A DNA stretch of 64,000 nucleotides from Candidatus Woesearchaeota archaeon (GTDB lineage Archaea > Nanobdellota > Nanobdellia > Woesearchaeales > JAHWIC01), in assembly GCA_019322805.1 (NCBI GenBank), contig JAHWIC010000003.1, positions 964 through 64,963 on the forward strand, in the 5' to 3' direction. A program made the position numbers and the translations under genes. Of this stretch, positions 34,994 to 42,618 are shown piece after piece. Below the pieces are notes generated by a model. It saw only the letters and a list, made by a program, of their open reading frames with translations. It ran no database searches and was not told where the DNA came from. Position 1 is the first letter of the stretch; each line of letters opens with the position of its first letter.

Positions 34994-36043
34994 GTGTGCT
35001 TTAAGAAAATGCCAAAAAAAAGATTGCCTGGTAAAGAAAACATCTCCTTCCATTATCATGTTATGAGTACTAGACCACCCATCATTCTAGCTCCTTTCAG
35101 TCAATGGGCTCCTATACAGGTTAATGAATATTTTTGTGAAATCTTAAAGGGGAGAAGAGCATATTTTATCCTTTTTTTATATTGGACACATGATACACAA
35201 GATATGGCAATGAGTAGAAGGGACTGGTACGTGAAACTTAAAGAGAAGTACCCCGAACATGAATTTATTTTTTTATGTAATTCTCCTACTGAGTATTACT
35301 TATTTAAAGAATTTAATTTGCCAAGTGTTTTTTGCAACCACAATGCTTTGCTTGATGAGAAAATATTCACAATTTTGCCTGGAGTAAGGAAGAGATATGA
35401 TGCAATATACAATGCACAAATGCAAAGATTTAAACGCCATCACTTAGCATGCGAAGTAAAGAATTTAGCATTAATATCCTTTATTAATACTCTCAAGAGT
35501 CAAATATCGGATTCTAAAAAATATTTTAATGAAACAAAGAAGCTTCTGCCAAAAGCAACTTGGCTGAATGACCCATTAAAGAAAAATAGTAAGAGATGCT
35601 TCAAACCTGAAGAAGTTAACAAATATCTAAACCAAGCTAAAGTAGGTTTGTGCTTATCGGCTCAGGAAGGCGCTATGTATGCTAGTGCAGAGTATTTATT
35701 GTGCGGATTACCTGTTGTTTCTACCAGAAGCAGAGGCGGCAGGAGTGTCTTTTTTGATAAAGAGTATGTAAAAATAGTAGATGGTACTCCAAATGATGTA
35801 AGTGCTGGAGTTAAAGAAATGATTAAACGGAATATCCCTCCGGACTACATTAGAAAGAAAACATTGGAAAAGATGAAGCCTCACAGGGAACGATTTATCA
35901 AATTGATTCAAATGATATATGACAGAGAAGGAATTGATAAAGATTTTAGGAAAGAATGGAAAAAGGTTTTTATTAATAAGATGGTGCGTTATCAGAGAGT
36001 GAGTTTGATAGGGGGTTTATATTATTTGAAACCTACTCAGTAA
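34994..36043 (+). CDS. Hypothetical protein (possible GT-B type glycosyltransferase C-terminal motif)
   Basis: VGLCLSAQEGAMYASAEYLLCGLPVVSTRSRGG resembles the E..G....E....G.PVV motif of GT4-like enzymes. The start is uncertain. Confidence 0.4.
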   Translation: MCFKKMPKKRLPGKENISFHYHVMSTRPPIILAPFSQWAPIQVNEYFCEILKGRRAYFILFLYWTHDTQDMAMSRRDWYVKLKEKYPEHEFIFLCNSPTEYYLFKEFNLPSVFCNHNALLDEKIFTILPGVRKRYDAIYNAQMQRFKRHHLACEVKNLALISFINTLKSQISDSKKYFNETKKLLPKATWLNDPLKKNSKRCFKPEEVNKYLNQAKVGLCLSAQEGAMYASAEYLLCGLPVVSTRSRGGRSVFFDKEYVKIVDGTPNDVSAGVKEMIKRNIPPDYIRKKTLEKMKPHRERFIKLIQMIYDREGIDKDFRKEWKKVFINKMVRYQRVSLIGGLYYLKPTQ

Positions 36044-36689
36044 AAGGCTCGTCAAACTCTTCTAACCATTCCTTCATTTCATCATGTAATAATAATGAGC
36101 TAAATCCAAACTTAGAAGCAGGTGTCAGTAAATCTATTTTCTTATCGAATTCTTTTAAAGCATAATACGCTATTAGCTTGAACTCAGGGCTTTTGCATTC
36201 CCTTATGGCTTTTAAGTTATAATGCACTTCTACCATCTTTACCTTTTTGTCATACTCCAGGTATATTGTATTTGAGCCGCTTTCAGCTTCATAATAAGAG
36301 ATGTATAACTTCTCTTTTGCCCTGCCTAATTCATCTGAGAATTTTGCAGTTTCCGAAACATCAGCAACGCCAAAGCCTTTTGCTCCTACTGACTTGAGGC
36401 CGGCTATTTTACAAGCCACTTTATTGAATACGTCAACTACACTCTTTTCCCTGATAAAGATGCGCAGCTTTAATTCTTCTTCAGTTCTTTTCAGCTTTAG
36501 ATTCAGGTTTTTGTATTTCTTGTCAAACCTTTTGATTAACCTGTCATATTTTGGCTTGTAGAAATCAAAATCGCGATGTACCTCTCCATAGATCTTGTCC
36601 ATTCCAAAGGCTATTCTAATGATTTCCCTGAAGTCTTTCTTGAATAATTTCAAGTCTCTTGCGCTTACAGTGTCCAGTATATCTGCCAT
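36033..36689 (-). CDS. Hypothetical protein
   Basis: 218-aa ORF with no recognisable motif. It overlaps the 3' end of the convergent gene by 11 nt. Confidence 0.5.
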   Translation of the reverse strand: MADILDTVSARDLKLFKKDFREIIRIAFGMDKIYGEVHRDFDFYKPKYDRLIKRFDKKYKNLNLKLKRTEEELKLRIFIREKSVVDVFNKVACKIAGLKSVGAKGFGVADVSETAKFSDELGRAKEKLYISYYEAESGSNTIYLEYDKKVKMVEVHYNLKAIRECKSPEFKLIAYYALKEFDKKIDLLTPASKFGFSSLLLHDEMKEWLEEFDEPFTE

Positions 36690-36714
36690 AATCCAATTTA
36701 GAAACAGCCTTTAT

Positions 36715-36849
36715 TTAAACTTTTTGACTTTGATGCATTTCATAGCATAGCTTGCAGTAGGTATGGATTATTTTTCCATCATTAGTTGACAGCCTGCAGT
36801 CTTCAGCACTGTCAATGTTCTTGCCGCAGGATTCGCATCTGTTGAACAT
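36715..36849 (-). CDS. Small four-cysteine zinc-ribbon ORF (44 aa, below ORF-track cutoff)
   Basis: My translation is MFNRCESCGKNIDSAEDCRLSTNDGKIIHTYCKLCYEMHQSQKV. It has CxxC...CxxC and GGGGAG 7 nt upstream of the ATG. Confidence 0.4.
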   Translation of the reverse strand: MFNRCESCGKNIDSAEDCRLSTNDGKIIHTYCKLCYEMHQSQKV

Positions 36850-36910
36850 ACAACCACTCCCCAAAGAAGATATTATCCTTGATGTATTTAAAATTTTCTT
36901 ATTTATTCAT

Positions 36911-36924
36911 GCAAACCTTTAAAT
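36911..36924 (+). promoter_or_regulatory. BRE/TATA-like promoter element (GCAAACCTTTAAAT)
   Basis: Identical to the 14-mer at 1144-1157. The TATA-like part begins 31 nt upstream of the ATG at 36949. Confidence 0.5.
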
Positions 36925-36948
36925 ATTGACTATATTTTTCTATTCGTA

Positions 36949-37050
36949 ATGAAACGAAGCTCAAGACGCTGGAAGAAGAAAGGCCAGATGCGCTGGAAGT
37001 GGCAGCGCAAGAGAATGAAGAAAGAGAAAAGAAAGAGAGCAAAGGTCTAA
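36949..37050 (+). CDS. rpl41e: Ribosomal protein L41e-like micro-ORF (33 aa)
   Basis: My translation is MKRSSRRWKKKGQMRWKWQRKRMKKEKRKRAKV. It is extremely basic and matches my recollection of archaeal L41e (KRSSRRWKKKGRMRWKW...). Confidence 0.5.
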   Translation: MKRSSRRWKKKGQMRWKWQRKRMKKEKRKRAKV

Positions 37051-37054
37051 ACAG

Positions 37055-38716
37055 CTAAATCTTTAATTCTTTTTTCCAATGTTCACATGCAATATCTACT
37101 TTCTTTGCACAAATTCCTGTGTATTTTTCAGGGTCTTTTAAAATCTCTATCTGTGCTTTTGTGAATTTCTTTATGTATGGCTTTAACTCATCTTCTTTGA
37201 AGAACAAGTCAGTGAATTTTTTTCTTTTCATCTGGCTTTTTAGTGTTAACTTCCTAACAACCTCATGCGCGTCAGGATGATTGTGTGCAGCTAAAAGAAT
37301 ATAAGCTGGCTCTGCTGCAATCATATCCTTGTTCATGTCAAAGTTCTTCTTTAAGCTAGCTTTATCAACAACTAAATTACCCATAATTTTGTTTAGCCTT
37401 GCAACACTTACATAAAGGCCAGCTAAAATCTCAGGAACAAACCTTGATGATGCAGAATTTGTTAAGTCTCTTTGATGCTCACAGATTTGGTCCATATAGA
37501 CTGTGTCCATGCGAGGCATGAACTCTTTCCACATTGACTTTACATTCTCAAAGTTTATTGGGTTGCGTTTGTGAGGCATTGTTGAGGAGCCAACCTGCTT
37601 TTTGCCAAATGCTTCTGCAACCTCACCTATTTCTGAACGCTGCAAATGCCTCATATCATCTGCCAGGTTGGCTATAACTCCAAAAACAGATATGATCGAG
37701 TGCACAAAATCAGCCATATACTCTCCTTCTACTACCTGAGTTGACATTGGCGATGGTTTAATGCCAAGCTCTGCAAGAACTTCCTGTTCAAACTTTATAG
37801 GGTCTTTAATGAATAAAGAAGATGCATTATAAGCTCCAACAGCACCTGCTATTTTTCCTCTTAGGTTGTTAGCTGCTTTTTTTATTCTAATAATTGCAGT
37901 TCCTATTCTTGAAACATACTGTGCAATTGCAAACCCAAATGTAATTGGCTCTGCATGCTGGCCATGGGTTCTTCCAATCTGTATTGTATTCTTCTCTCTT
38001 TTAGCAAGCTCGATTAATGTTTTTTCAAACTCAATTAGTTTAGGAATTAAAACTTCATTTGCACAGTCTTTTAGCCTTGCTGCATCTCCTGAACATATGA
38101 TATCATGCGATGTAGTTGTAAAATGAACATATGGCTTTGCTTTGTCTGAGACTCTTCTTCTTATACAATTAGCTAAAGCCCTAATGTTGTGCTTTATGTT
38201 ATCTTCCTCAACATAAACCTCTTGAGCAGTAACCTGTTTTGTTGCTCTTTCAACCTCTTTTGCGATCTCTTTTGAGCACACACCCATATTTGCTAAGGTA
38301 GTTGTTAAGGCAGCCTCAACCTTTGCTAAGTATCTTATAAAGCCTTCTTCAGAAAGAAATGGCTTTAGTTTTTCCTTTATTCTTTCTTTTCTTCCATAGT
38401 ATCTAAAATCAAGAGGAGAGATATTTTCGAATAAACCAATGACTTCTTCTTTAGATTCTTCCTTTTTCTCCAGATTAATCAATGATTCAATATTTTTCAG
38501 TAAATCACTTTTTTTATTTAATCTAATAACAATCCTGTTTTTTTCTTTTTGCTCAATAATCAAATCGTTTTTCTTAAAGATTTGAATTGTATTGTGCACC
38601 TTTGCTGGAGAGCATTTTAGCCTGTCAGCAATATCTCTTATATGCAGGCTTTCTTTTTCCAATAACCTTAGAATTTCGATGTTTTTCTTTGTAAATATCT
38701 TTGAAATTTCCATCAA
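37055..38716 (-). CDS. purB: Adenylosuccinate lyase with N-terminal wHTH extension
   Basis: The PurB core runs from ISPLDFRYYGRKE onward, with the signature GSSTMPHKRNP. The first 100 aa or so (IEILRLLEKESLHIRDIADRLKCSPAKVHNTIQIF) look like a MarR/ArsR-type wHTH. Confidence 0.9.
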   Translation of the reverse strand: MMEISKIFTKKNIEILRLLEKESLHIRDIADRLKCSPAKVHNTIQIFKKNDLIIEQKEKNRIVIRLNKKSDLLKNIESLINLEKKEESKEEVIGLFENISPLDFRYYGRKERIKEKLKPFLSEEGFIRYLAKVEAALTTTLANMGVCSKEIAKEVERATKQVTAQEVYVEEDNIKHNIRALANCIRRRVSDKAKPYVHFTTTSHDIICSGDAARLKDCANEVLIPKLIEFEKTLIELAKREKNTIQIGRTHGQHAEPITFGFAIAQYVSRIGTAIIRIKKAANNLRGKIAGAVGAYNASSLFIKDPIKFEQEVLAELGIKPSPMSTQVVEGEYMADFVHSIISVFGVIANLADDMRHLQRSEIGEVAEAFGKKQVGSSTMPHKRNPINFENVKSMWKEFMPRMDTVYMDQICEHQRDLTNSASSRFVPEILAGLYVSVARLNKIMGNLVVDKASLKKNFDMNKDMIAAEPAYILLAAHNHPDAHEVVRKLTLKSQMKRKKFTDLFFKEDELKPYIKKFTKAQIEILKDPEKYTGICAKKVDIACEHWKKELKI

Positions 38717-38802
38717 ATCACCTCGATAAAATAAAAGTGTTCAGTATTTATAAACCTTTCTGTTTATTTTTTAGAATTCATTATTTTTTAATGAACGACC
38801 AT

Positions 38803-39174
38803 TTAACTTTCGTTCTCTCGATTCTCAATGATTTCCTCTTCATGCCCCTGCGCTGCTGCTAGATAATAGCCTTGTATTGTGCCGTACATAACCAAGGGTG
38901 CCCAACCACAACTGGTTGCTCCGTTTTTCACAACACTCCTTAAAAAGCTGTACATCCCTTTTTCAGCATCTTCCTTGGTCCAATAAGCGCTTGCATCCAT
39001 TAATATATCTATAATCCTATCAGTTGAGAATGCTCCAGTAACAGGCATTCTTTCAAGACGCCTTTTTTTCAATCTGCTTAGGCTTATATCCGGCTCTGCA
39101 TCCAGGAATATGTCTAGACTTATGCTTTTTCTAAGAGCAGATGTTTCAGATGAATATACAGGCCTTCTTGGCAT
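38803..39174 (-). CDS. Hypothetical protein
   Basis: 123-aa ORF, no motif recognised. Confidence 0.45.
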   Translation of the reverse strand: MPRRPVYSSETSALRKSISLDIFLDAEPDISLSRLKKRRLERMPVTGAFSTDRIIDILMDASAYWTKEDAEKGMYSFLRSVVKNGATSCGWAPLVMYGTIQGYYLAAAQGHEEEIIENRENES

Positions 39175-39260
39175 TCCATACTTGGTTATTGAGAATAGTA
39201 TTTAACTTTTTGTCTTAATTATAGAAAACTTATTAAATGATATTTCTAAGACTAGGTGTT

Positions 39261-39716
39261 ATGAAAAAAAATCAACTCTTTTGGCTTGTAGTTCTGATAG
39301 TACTAATCCTAGACCAACTAATCAAACTAATTATAAAAACAAAACTTATAGTTAACCAATCAGTCCCAGTAATAAAGAACATCTTCCATATAACCTATAT
39401 CCAGAACACAGGAGCTGGCTTTGGAATTCTTAAAGGCCAGCAGACAGCACTTATATGGTTTGCAGTATTTATCATAGGTGTTATCTTATATAATTATGAT
39501 AAAATACCCAAGGATTGGCTTGGTAACAGCTCTATAGCTTTGATCCTTGCAGGCGCGATTGGAAACCTTATCGATAGGCTCTTCCTTAGATATGTCATAG
39601 ATTTCCTTGATTTTAGGATATGGCCTGCTTTTAATATTGCTGATAGTGCCTTGACCTTAGGGGTAATCGGGTTTATCATATACTCATTTAGGCAAGAGAA
39701 AAAATCTAAGAAATAA
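39261..39716 (+). CDS. lspA: Lipoprotein signal peptidase (signal peptidase II)
   Basis: NTGAGFG, AGAIGNLIDR, VIDFLDF and FNIADS motifs. The start is taken at the ATG at 39261. Confidence 0.85.
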   Translation: MKKNQLFWLVVLIVLILDQLIKLIIKTKLIVNQSVPVIKNIFHITYIQNTGAGFGILKGQQTALIWFAVFIIGVILYNYDKIPKDWLGNSSIALILAGAIGNLIDRLFLRYVIDFLDFRIWPAFNIADSALTLGVIGFIIYSFRQEKKSKK

Positions 39717-40415
39717 TTATTCTTCTTCCATGCATGTATGGGGATTTAAGCCGTCTTCTTCTGCTTCTGCTTTAGTATTATATTCAACTCTGTTTTCCTC
39801 TTTTATAAGCTCTACCCAGTCGCACTTAGGTGAGTGGTAAAGCTTGCCTGCTGCACTTGCGACTACCGGGCCTGATACAAATACGTTTTCTTCTTCAGGC
39901 TCTTCCTCCGCTTCTTCCACCTTTTCAGGCTCCTCAACTTCAGGCTCTTCCTCCACTTCTTCAGGCTCTTCAACCTTAGGCTCTTCCTCCGCTTCTTCCA
40001 CCTTTTCAGGCTCCTCAATCTTTTCTTCAACCTCTTTGGGCTCCTCAAACTCTTCAACAACGTCTTCTTTCTTTTCTTCGCCCAGGTTAACTACAGCCAT
40101 TACAAAGCCGATTGAGCTGGACACGATTGTTGCTAAATGTGCTAAATCCATTGGTTTGGTTTTGGAATACATGAAAAGCAGGTTTAGCAATACTAAGCCA
40201 AACATTAATGAAAGGAACTTAAAGCCAAAGTTCAAACCATTGTAGATGGCTGCGAGGCTGAGTAGCGCTATTGACATAAAGAAAATAAGCAGAATAAACT
40301 CTCCAATAAAGAAGAATGTGTGCAACCTGAATACTAATTTTATAAGGCCAAGTATGGCTATCGAAGTAAATAAGCCTGCCCACAAGAAAAGCTTAGCGTC
40401 TCTTTTTTCCCCCAT
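39717..40415 (-). CDS. Membrane protein with acidic E/P/K/V repeat linker and C-terminal YH..C...NP..C module
   Basis: Four N-terminal TM helices, a repeated EPEKVEEAEEEP region, and a C-terminal KLYHSPKCDWV...AEAEEDGLNPHTC that resembles small bacterial metal-binding (sunset/Ada-like) modules. Confidence 0.5.
   Translation of the reverse strand: MGEKRDAKLFLWAGLFTSIAILGLIKLVFRLHTFFFIGEFILLIFFMSIALLSLAAIYNGLNFGFKFLSLMFGLVLLNLLFMYSKTKPMDLAHLATIVSSSIGFVMAVVNLGEEKKEDVVEEFEEPKEVEEKIEEPEKVEEAEEEPKVEEPEEVEEEPEVEEPEKVEEAEEEPEEENVFVSGPVVASAAGKLYHSPKCDWVELIKEENRVEYNTKAEAEEDGLNPHTCMEEE
39898..40018 (+). repeat. In-frame 81-bp period repeat inside the acidic linker
   Basis: GGCTCTTCCTCCGCTTCTTCCACCTTTTCAGGCTCCTCAA occurs at 39898-39937 and 39979-40018. 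Confidence 0.85.
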
Positions 40416-40494
40416 AGTCAGAATAGAAACTAACCTTTTATTTAAATATTTCTATTCTAGAGTAGTAATAAGTATAGTCACCAACCTGGGACAT

Positions 40495-40551
40495 CAAAAA
40501 ATCTTGCTACGCAAGATTATTCTGGAGTTATAAAGTTTTGAACTTTATAAC
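40495..40551 (-). terminator. Two hairpins downstream of aIF-1A, the second followed by a T-run
   Basis: GTTATAAAGTT-ttg-AACTTTATAAC (40527-40551) begins 3 nt after the stop. ATCTTGC-tac-GCAAGAT (40501-40517) is followed on the minus strand by TTTTT. Confidence 0.45.
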
Positions 40552-40553
40552 CA

Positions 40554-40895
40554 TTAAAACTCTTCAAAATCCTCTGCTTTCAAATGACCCTTTCTCTTTA
40601 GAAATTGTATCTGTGATTTAGTATATTTATAGAGGATATCTCCTTTATCATCACCACCGAATTCCCATGGCTCAACAATAATGACGTCACCAGCTCTAAC
40701 CCAGAGCCTTCTCTTAAGCCTTCCAGGTATTCTGCAGATCCTAGATTTGCCATCCAGGCATCTCACTCTCATACGTGAAGCACCTAAGCGCTGCTCTAAT
40801 ATACCAAGAACCTGTCTTCCGCGAGGAAGCTTAATCCTACTAATCTCCATCTGGATTTTTTCCTGTAATGCTTCTTCTTCTTTTTTCTTGCCCAT
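40554..40895 (-). CDS. eif1a: Translation initiation factor 1A (aIF-1A)
   Basis: [49 protein letters not shown] is an S1-like OB fold of eIF1A. Confidence 0.9.
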   Translation of the reverse strand: MGKKKEEEALQEKIQMEISRIKLPRGRQVLGILEQRLGASRMRVRCLDGKSRICRIPGRLKRRLWVRAGDVIIVEPWEFGGDDKGDILYKYTKSQIQFLKRKGHLKAEDFEEF

Positions 40896-41010
40896 TCACC
40901 TAAGAAAGTAGTGAATGGTTTATAAATGTTTATTTTTTAGCAAGGATAAACTATTTAAATCTACCATAATAAACTGATTTATAACTAAATTCCAAAGGGG
41001 GGAAGTAACT

Positions 41011-42297
41011 ATGAAGAATGAATTGTTTGAGATGGTAGAGGGCTATGATTCTATCTCCAGGTCAATAAAGATGATTAATAAGGCTGCCGGGATAATTGGT
41101 CTGGATGAGGGCCAGATGCTGGACATTATTCAGCCGCATGACATAAGGGTATATAAGTTGCACCTTAAGCTCTTTGGCAAGAGTTTCGACATCTGGGGGT
41201 GCACTTCACTCCATAATAAGTCAAGAGGCTTATATAAGGGAGGAGTAAGGATTGCGCCTGACGTAAATATCTTTGAGGTTGTTGAGCTGAGCAGACTCAT
41301 GACTATAAAAACTGCCTGCGTCGATTTAGAATTTGGTGGCGCTAAGACAGGAATACGATTTGATATGAAAGGTGCATACAAAACATTTGGTATAGACAAG
41401 TATGACCCTGACTTTGAGACTAATATTAAACGTGAGATTCTGCACGAGTTTGCGCATCATTTCAGTAATCTTCTTAGGTCAAATGAGTATGTCCCTGCAC
41501 CAGATATAGGGACAAATCCATTGGATATGGCAGCTATATTTAACGAAACAAACAACCCTTCAACAGTAACTGGTAAACCTGAAGGTATGCCTGGTTGGCT
41601 TCCGGGAAGGAACGAAGCTACAGGTTATGGAGTTACTGAGTGTACAATAGACTTGCTCAATGATTTATCTATAGAGCCTAAGAATGCCACAGCCGCAGTT
41701 CAGGGTTTTGGAAATGTAGGTATGCATACAGCCAAATTCTTATCAGAAAAAGGGGTAAAAGTGGTGGCAATAGCTGACATAGGCGGGGCACTATACAACC
41801 CAGAAGGATTTAACATTGGGAAATTAGCAGAATATGCTGCAAAAAACGGCACAATAAAAGGATTCCCAGCAAAGGATATAACCAATGAAGAATTCTTTGC
41901 ACTGGATGTTGATGTTTTGATTCCTGCGGCAATAGGCAATGTAATCAGAGAGGACAATGTTGAATCAATAAGAGCTAAAGGGATTGTAGAAGCAGCTAAC
42001 ATGCCTGTTCATTACAAGGCTGAAAGGATCTTAGCGCAGAAAGGCGTGAAGATGATACCTGATATAATAGCTAATGCTGGGGGTGTGATTGCTTCTGGTG
42101 AAGAATACTCTAAATCTTTGTCGGCTAAATATATGAAAAAAGAAGAGACTTATTCAATGATAACCCAAAGAATTATAAATAATCTGAATTTGGCAAAAGA
42201 TATTGCAAAGGAGCATGATGCCACTCTGAACCTGGCATGTTATATTCTTGCATTAAGGAGGATTTGCCATGCGCATAGTATAAGGGGATGGAGATAG
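41011..42297 (+). CDS. Glu/Leu/Phe/Val dehydrogenase family protein (glutamate dehydrogenase-like)
   Basis: KGGVRIAP, GGAKTGI and QGFGNVG (Rossmann) motifs. Confidence 0.8.
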   Translation: MKNELFEMVEGYDSISRSIKMINKAAGIIGLDEGQMLDIIQPHDIRVYKLHLKLFGKSFDIWGCTSLHNKSRGLYKGGVRIAPDVNIFEVVELSRLMTIKTACVDLEFGGAKTGIRFDMKGAYKTFGIDKYDPDFETNIKREILHEFAHHFSNLLRSNEYVPAPDIGTNPLDMAAIFNETNNPSTVTGKPEGMPGWLPGRNEATGYGVTECTIDLLNDLSIEPKNATAAVQGFGNVGMHTAKFLSEKGVKVVAIADIGGALYNPEGFNIGKLAEYAAKNGTIKGFPAKDITNEEFFALDVDVLIPAAIGNVIREDNVESIRAKGIVEAANMPVHYKAERILAQKGVKMIPDIIANAGGVIASGEEYSKSLSAKYMKKEETYSMITQRIINNLNLAKDIAKEHDATLNLACYILALRRICHAHSIRGWR

Positions 42298-42618
42298 ATG
42301 AGCACAAAAACACTAGAAAAACTAAGAGGTTTTGAGAAAGAGCAAGAGCAAAGGTTAGAGCAGATACAAGCTGATTCTTTAAATGAAATAGAAAAGGCAA
42401 GGAAGGATATCGATAAAAAACTAAAGGAAGAGGAGGAAAAACTCCAAAAAAAGAAAGAAGCCTCAGTAGCAAAAGCAAAGGAAGAAGCAAATAGGGAATC
42501 CAGGGAAATCACTAAGGAATATAAGAAAAAGGCGGAACAACTGGAGAAGAAATCTTCTAAGAATTTCAAAAAAGCGGTTGATAAGCTTTTTTCAATAGTT
42601 CTAGAGAAAAATGTTTAG
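42298..42618 (+). CDS. atpH: A-type ATP synthase subunit H
   Basis: 106-aa charged coiled coil at the first position of the HIKECFABD order. It overlaps atpI by 8 nt. Confidence 0.6.
   Translation: MSTKTLEKLRGFEKEQEQRLEQIQADSLNEIEKARKDIDKKLKEEEEKLQKKKEASVAKAKEEANRESREITKEYKKKAEQLEKKSSKNFKKAVDKLFSIVLEKNV

Noticed and set aside
39844-40245. 133-aa + strand ORF rich in Ser/Thr/Gly
   Set aside because: It is antisense to the acidic repeat linker of the minus-strand membrane protein, so it is a low-complexity mirror frame.
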